A DNA stretch of 64,000 nt, taken from contig OZ242320.1 in assembly GCA_965208125.1 (NCBI GenBank), positions 1,536,001-1,600,000 on the forward strand, written 5' to 3'. The notes below the pieces were generated by a model. It was not told where the DNA came from and did not search any database. It saw only the letters and a list, made by a program, of their open reading frames with translations. A program made the translations under genes and the position numbers. Source of the stretch: Candidatus Latescibacterota bacterium (GTDB lineage: Bacteria; Latescibacterota; UBA2968). Of the stretch, positions 58,814 to 64,000 are shown in pieces (position 1 is the stretch's first letter; each line of letters begins with the position of its first letter).

Positions 58814-61090
58814 TCACCCTTCATCCGCCTCTGCCATCACCACGCGCGACGCCGCCAACCCATCTACCCTGGCGACTCCACCCGTCGCAGGATCGATCTG
58901 CCCAAACGACAGCACACCCGTTGGACAACTCTGCACACAGGCCGAACACCGCACGCACTCCGGATCCTCCATAGGCAAACCCTTATTCGCAAAATTCATC
59001 ACATCAATACCCTGATGGCACACCGACGTACACACACTACACGAAATACACTTCTTCTTATCCGCAAAAATCCGAAATCGCGAAAACCGCGCATAAACAT
59101 GCATCAGAGCAGCTAACGGACACGCAAACCGGCACCACATCCGCCCGCTAAAATGCCAGTAAAAACCCACCCCAATAATACCCGCCAAAAACAAATCCAC
59201 AAACCACTGATAATTCAAAAACGTCAGCGGAAATATCAGACCGCCCCAATTCACATCCTTCCCCATAAACAGCCCCATATACCCCGCATTCACCCAGTGG
59301 TCATAAGGCAATAACCAGCCTGCAATACGCAACGCCAGAAGCACAAAAGCCAGAACCAGAATCACCTGCCCCACCATATTCATTCGATTCCAAACAGGAC
59401 CGTGCGGCATCTTCTGCCGGTGCATATCCCCCATCGTCTCTGCCAGTGCCCCGCACGAACAAATCCACCCGCAATAAGCCCCCTTGCCCCAGCGCCAGAT
59501 AATCAGAGGAATCACCACAAAAGTCTGCACCAGACTAATGCCCAACCACCACCCCAGCGGCTGGCTCGTAAACACATTCCAGAAAAACAGGGGCCACGCC
59601 AGAATAAAGCCCAAACTCCGCCAGTACTCCCGCCCGTGTGCATCCCACTCCGTCGCCGGGAACAACGCATCGGCCACAGGCTTCAGAAAAGCACCATCGG
59701 AAAACCAACCATTGTGACCCAGCCACGGCAAGAAAATGTACGGCAACAAAAACAGGGGCACACACTGAATAACCATCAGCGTCACCGTCTGCACCGTCAC
59801 ATAAGGCGTCTGCCGTCGATTAATCCTGCGAATCCCAAACCCCACCACACACGCACAATAAGCCAGAGAATAATAAAAACCCGGCTGCGTCATCGACGTC
59901 CACACCGTCCCAAAAAGACCCGACTTATCCTCCGCTGGCATCAAATTAAACGGAAACAGCTTTGCCCCCTTAAACCACTCGTAAATCGGAATCCCCGCAC
60001 CCGTCTTCCAGTGATACACAAACACACACGCCAGCATAACCAGCGCAAAAGACACCCACGTACCCACGCGCCATTCCCCTCTAATCGGCACACCTGACCG
60101 CCTGAAAAAATCCAGCGGCGCCTCGCGCCCAATCATCGAAAACACCGCGTCATTGGGCATCGCCTCATCACCCTCACCCGTCGAAAGCACCACCTCTTCC
60201 TCACCAATCGCCCTCACCTCACTCGCCAGCGCCATTCGCAAATGTTCCCCACCCGAAAGTACCTCAATCTTCTCCACATTCTCGGGCTTGGGACGGCTCA
60301 ACTCCGCGCGTCGATACGACAGCGTCACTCGCCCGCCGGACTCGGCAATCGCAATTGCAGTCTCCAGCGCACTATCACCGCCACCAACCACCAGCACATC
60401 CTGATCTGCATAATCCTTTGGATCGTGCAACCGATTCATCACCTTATCCAGATCCTCGCCCGGCACATTTAACTTTCTAAAATTGCCCGACCGCCCAATC
60501 GCCACAATCACCCGATGCGCCAGCAAATCCTCACCCTCGGGAATCACCACCCGCAACACATCCCCCTCCCGCTGCACACACTCCGCCCGCGCAAACACCG
60601 GCTCGATATCCGCGGTCCGCTCCTCCAACTCATCCAACAACCGCTCCTTCACATCTGCCCGATCTGAAAACTGCAAATCACCTGCCGGAACCATATCCGT
60701 CGGATACGTGTAAATCGGCTTCGCCTTTGGAAAATTCACCACCGTAGAAAACCGCTCTGACGCCTCCAACAGCACAAAATCCAATCCCCGATTTCTCGCC
60801 TCAATACCCGCTGCCATACCCGACACACCCCCACCAATAATCACCAGATCGCGCACCCCATCCCTATGCGTCCGACCCTCAAATCCCGAATCACCCACAA
60901 TCGTCTGCACTGCCCGCGCGCCCGTATCCGACGAAAACTTCAACAGCGGAATCCCCGTCAAATCCCCCACAATATAAAGCCCCGGCACCGCCGTTGACCC
61001 ATCCTCATTCATCTCGGGCAACTTCTCCACCGTGCCCGAAGGCCACCGCGTGTGCAACCAGTGCATATACCGCTTCAAAAATCCAAACAT
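58814..61090 (-). CDS. FAD/NAD(P) oxidoreductase (TrxB-like) fused to a membrane 4Fe-4S polyferredoxin domain
   Basis: IIGGGVSG, VVGGGDSA; TM region; YCGWICSCG, WCRFACP, two CxxCxxCxxxC motifs. Confidence 0.85.
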   Translation of the reverse strand: MFGFLKRYMHWLHTRWPSGTVEKLPEMNEDGSTAVPGLYIVGDLTGIPLLKFSSDTGARAVQTIVGDSGFEGRTHRDGVRDLVIIGGGVSGMAAGIEARNRGLDFVLLEASERFSTVVNFPKAKPIYTYPTDMVPAGDLQFSDRADVKERLLDELEERTADIEPVFARAECVQREGDVLRVVIPEGEDLLAHRVIVAIGRSGNFRKLNVPGEDLDKVMNRLHDPKDYADQDVLVVGGGDSALETAIAIAESGGRVTLSYRRAELSRPKPENVEKIEVLSGGEHLRMALASEVRAIGEEEVVLSTGEGDEAMPNDAVFSMIGREAPLDFFRRSGVPIRGEWRVGTWVSFALVMLACVFVYHWKTGAGIPIYEWFKGAKLFPFNLMPAEDKSGLFGTVWTSMTQPGFYYSLAYCACVVGFGIRRINRRQTPYVTVQTVTLMVIQCVPLFLLPYIFLPWLGHNGWFSDGAFLKPVADALFPATEWDAHGREYWRSLGFILAWPLFFWNVFTSQPLGWWLGISLVQTFVVIPLIIWRWGKGAYCGWICSCGALAETMGDMHRQKMPHGPVWNRMNMVGQVILVLAFVLLALRIAGWLLPYDHWVNAGYMGLFMGKDVNWGGLIFPLTFLNYQWFVDLFLAGIIGVGFYWHFSGRMWCRFACPLAALMHVYARFSRFRIFADKKKCISCSVCTSVCHQGIDVMNFANKGLPMEDPECVRCSACVQSCPTGVLSFGQIDPATGGVARVDGLAASRVVMAEADEG

Positions 61091-61188
61091 CGCTACCTCT
61101 CCGATCAAAAATTCGCCCGCACAGGATAATCACACCATCTCACATCGTCAATTCCAAAATTTGCGTCACCCACAGACATATGTAAAGG

Positions 61189-61267
61189 CGGGACGGCACA
61201 GGGGCCGTCCCCTACGATGATATTTTTATTCCACCTGTTGTAGGGGCGGTGCCCCCGTGCCCGCCCG
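61189..61267. repeat. GTAG-type REP doublet (inverted pair)
   Basis: cgggacggcacaggggccgtcccctac-24 nt-gtaggggcggtgcccccgtgcccgcccg. Confidence 0.8.
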
Positions 61268-61270
61268 CAA

Positions 61271-62290
61271 TCACCCATAAACATCATCGATCAACGCGCG
61301 GATATACCCAATCGCATACGCCTTCCCGTGCAATTTCGTATATGCGGAATGGGCAAAACCCGGCGTATGATCCATCATATACGGCCCATTGAACCCATTA
61401 TCGCGATAAACCGCCATCGCGCGCTTCATATCAATATCGCCCTCATCCATAAAAACTTCCACAAATCGCGGCAACTGACCCTTCACATTGCGAAAATGCA
61501 CCCACACAATTTTATTATTCGAAGCCATCTCGGCAATCGCATCATAAACGCCCTCACCCAGCAACTCCGTCATACACCCCTGGCAAAATAACATCCCATT
61601 GTGCTCGCCCGGCGCAATCTCAAAAAGCGTGCGCCTGAACTGTTCCAGAGACGAACAAATCTGTGCAATACCGCCCAGAGGCTCTGGAATCGGCGGATCA
61701 TCCGGATGCAGCGCCATACGCACCCCCGCCTTCTCTGCAACGGGAATCACCTCCTGCAAAAAGGTCTCCATATTTGCCCACATCGTCTCTTCTGAAACAG
61801 GCGGATCGTGTTGCTCCGGACGATTCTCACTAAAATACGCATAATCAAACGTACTATACCTCACCCCACCGCGACCCGTATCTGAAGGCGTTCGAAAATT
61901 CCCCATCGGCTTGAAATTCCAGCCCAAACACGGAATCCCCGCCCTGCCCAGCGACGCCAGCATCTGACACCAGAATCCGATCTTCTCATCCCGATCTTCC
62001 ATAGCCAGCGCAATCTCCTCCCAGCACGGCATAAAAATATTATTCAACTTCATACCATGGGACTCCACCAACTCCCGCGCCTTCTCAAATTCCTCCGTAC
62101 AATCCTCTCCCGCGCGAATCCGCTGCGCCAGTGCCGTATTCGCCACACCCGTGCCACCGCGCTTCGCTGATTTTGCAGACGGCCTACCACCCCGCAACTC
62201 GAGATGAATAGAATCCACGCTAATCGCCCTGTAAAAACTCAAAATCTCATCGTCCAAATTATCGTAATGAACCTGATCTTGAATGTACAT
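61271..62290 (-). CDS. uxuA: Mannonate dehydratase family protein
   Basis: GRGG..STFD, PVAEKAGVRMALHPDDPP, FCQG, VHFRNV, MMDHTP, AIGYIRAL. Confidence 0.85.
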   Translation of the reverse strand: MYIQDQVHYDNLDDEILSFYRAISVDSIHLELRGGRPSAKSAKRGGTGVANTALAQRIRAGEDCTEEFEKARELVESHGMKLNNIFMPCWEEIALAMEDRDEKIGFWCQMLASLGRAGIPCLGWNFKPMGNFRTPSDTGRGGVRYSTFDYAYFSENRPEQHDPPVSEETMWANMETFLQEVIPVAEKAGVRMALHPDDPPIPEPLGGIAQICSSLEQFRRTLFEIAPGEHNGMLFCQGCMTELLGEGVYDAIAEMASNNKIVWVHFRNVKGQLPRFVEVFMDEGDIDMKRAMAVYRDNGFNGPYMMDHTPGFAHSAYTKLHGKAYAIGYIRALIDDVYG

Positions 62291-62337
62291 CTCTCATCGC
62301 CTCCTGTATAGCTATCAGTCCCCCGCCCAGCCACCCA

Positions 62338-62371
62338 CTGGATTGCGGCTAAAACCCTGCCGCAATGACGG
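62338..62371. repeat. CGTC-type REP-like palindrome, copy 3
   Basis: ctggattgcggctaaaaccctgccgcaatgacgg. Confidence 0.75.
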
Positions 62372-62452
62372 CTCTACAACGCATGTTCCTGACTGCTGAT
62401 TGCTCCTCACATCCTAATAAACGGCTAAGCAGTTTGGACCGTTCCTTAATTT

Positions 62453-63859
62453 TTAACTCTCAACCTCAACATCGGACACCCGCCGTTGACCACCTTGTCG
62501 TTCTTCCGCATCGACAACCTGGGGCACATACCCCTCAACATCCCGAATATAGCCGAGCAACCGCGCCTTCATTCGGTCTGCAACCGGACGGTGGCTTTCA
62601 TAGCCAATCAAATTGCGCAACTCGTACGGATCTGCCTCCAGATCGTAGAGATACGCCTCCTCATAACTTCTCGCACCCTCTGCACCGGGCGGCACCTCAT
62701 CGCTTTGGACCGCGTACTTCCATCGCTTTGTGCGAACAGCGCGACCAATACCACTCTCTGAAATTTGCACAAACACATCATCCGGCCAGGGATCTGCGAG
62801 CGAGCGCCCACCACCGCCCAAAATGGGAAGCACAGAACGCCCCGACATCTGATCGGGAATCTCCAATCCGGCACCATCCAACAGCGTCGGCGGCAAATCC
62901 ACCAGACTCACCAACTCGCCCAATGTGCCACCCCCTGTAAACGGACCACCCGTCAACACCGTTGGCGTGCGGATAGAACTCTCGTGACACGAACGCTTGT
63001 ATTCCTTATTACGGGTGCGGAAATGGCAGGCGTGATCAGAAGTGAACAGCACAATCGTATCCTCTAACAGCCCCAGACTCTTCAGCGCATCGAGCAACCG
63101 TCCATAAGCCTCATCCAAACGCTTAATCATCCCCCAATACCCGGCCAAATGCTGCTGCGTACTCCCCCCCGTGGGAACCGCGCCGGGATACTCGCCTTCT
63201 GCCAAAGGATGCGTGGGCAATCCCTCCAGATCGGGCGGTGTCCATCGCCCGGCATACATCTCGCGATACCCATCCGGCGGCGGATAATCATCCAGATGAT
63301 TCTGGTGATGGGGTTCCAAAAACGAAATAAACAGATAAAAGGGATCGCTCTGATGTTCATCCACATACCGAATCGCCGCATCGGTCAGCGCATCAACCCG
63401 ATAACCGGGCAACTTCACCTCCTGATTATCATGATCGTAAACAACGCAATCATACGTATCAGATGTTCCCTCCAGCGCATTTGCCGCGAGCCAGTACTGG
63501 TACCCGCCGCGCGCTTTTACGGGCACAAAACCGCGCCCAGTCGTCGCCAGATGCCACTTGCCAATATATCCCGTGTGATAACCCGCATCATTAAAACACT
63601 GTGCAAGCGTCTTGTGATCCGGATTCAGCGCAATCCCATTGCGATACACCCCCGTCTCACTCGCGTACATCCCCGTCTGCAAACACGAACGCGCCGGACC
63701 GCACACGGGCTGACATGTAAAACTATTGTACACATGCGTCCCGTGCTGCGCCGCGCGATCCAGATTGGGCGTAATACCCAATGGATTGCCATGCGCTGCC
63801 ATGCAATCCCAGCGCTGTTGATCCGTAAAAAATACAATAACATTTGGTTTGCTATCCAT
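62453..63859 (-). CDS. Sulfatase
   Basis: PNVIVFFTDQQR, CGPAR (formylglycine motif), GKWHL, TSDH, LYDLEADPYELRNL. Confidence 0.95.
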   Translation of the reverse strand: MDSKPNVIVFFTDQQRWDCMAAHGNPLGITPNLDRAAQHGTHVYNSFTCQPVCGPARSCLQTGMYASETGVYRNGIALNPDHKTLAQCFNDAGYHTGYIGKWHLATTGRGFVPVKARGGYQYWLAANALEGTSDTYDCVVYDHDNQEVKLPGYRVDALTDAAIRYVDEHQSDPFYLFISFLEPHHQNHLDDYPPPDGYREMYAGRWTPPDLEGLPTHPLAEGEYPGAVPTGGSTQQHLAGYWGMIKRLDEAYGRLLDALKSLGLLEDTIVLFTSDHACHFRTRNKEYKRSCHESSIRTPTVLTGGPFTGGGTLGELVSLVDLPPTLLDGAGLEIPDQMSGRSVLPILGGGGRSLADPWPDDVFVQISESGIGRAVRTKRWKYAVQSDEVPPGAEGARSYEEAYLYDLEADPYELRNLIGYESHRPVADRMKARLLGYIRDVEGYVPQVVDAEERQGGQRRVSDVEVES

Positions 63860-63874
63860 AACATCTCCTTTCGT

Positions 63875-64000
63875 TCATGCACCAGGTGTAATTTTGGGAT
63901 TATCCATACGCGTACAGCGAATACTCTCCCGCATCAAGCGCGTCAAAAGATCCGCCTTCACATCCCGCGCCTCTGAATGATCCCACAAATTTACTTTCTC
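63875..64000 (-). CDS. 3' end of a probable second sulfatase (partial at window edge)
   Basis: EKVNLWDHSEARDVKADLLTRLMRESIRCTRMDNPKITPGA*. Confidence 0.55.
   Translation of the reverse strand, partial: EKVNLWDHSEARDVKADLLTRLMRESIRCTRMDNPKITPGA

Overview
64 kb of bacterial chromosome. Core blocks (gltX, tRNA-Gln, two tRNA-Ser, nnr, a split carB, pyrK, cspA, uxuA, sulfatases) alternate with AT-richer accessory patches. The patches carry toxin-antitoxin pairs, sigma54 regulators with their -24/-12 promoters, a plant-type LRR protein and a second, internalin-like LRR protein, a Calx-beta-like adhesin, and several deletion scars. The gene content (GWxTD protein, DUF6784-like gene, M28-FtsX fusion, dockerin-like surface proteins, eukaryote-like LRRs, sulfatases) resembles marine or sponge-associated Latescibacterota-like genomes; this is an inference only. 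The top finding is at 49.77-50.98 kb: a strongly Cre-like tyrosine recombinase sits next to two loxP-like sites in inverted orientation (perfect 18-bp inverted repeat, identical 8-bp spacer). They bracket a 125-bp segment. A perfect TTGACA-N17-TATAAT promoter has its -35 inside that segment and its -10 in the site spacer. As assembled it fires into the recombinase; if inverted it would fire into the divergent adhesin gene, making this a candidate Cre/lox-type phase-variation switch. Other notable items are a soluble beta-propeller/sigma54-activator paired with a giant LRR target, a sigma54-driven ATPase + YdjM-hydrolase operon, a dockerin-like module shared by four secreted proteins, a candidate twin-hairpin sRNA, and two REP families. 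No CRISPR array, rRNA or intact transposase was seen. All family assignments come from motif recognition by eye, not database searches.
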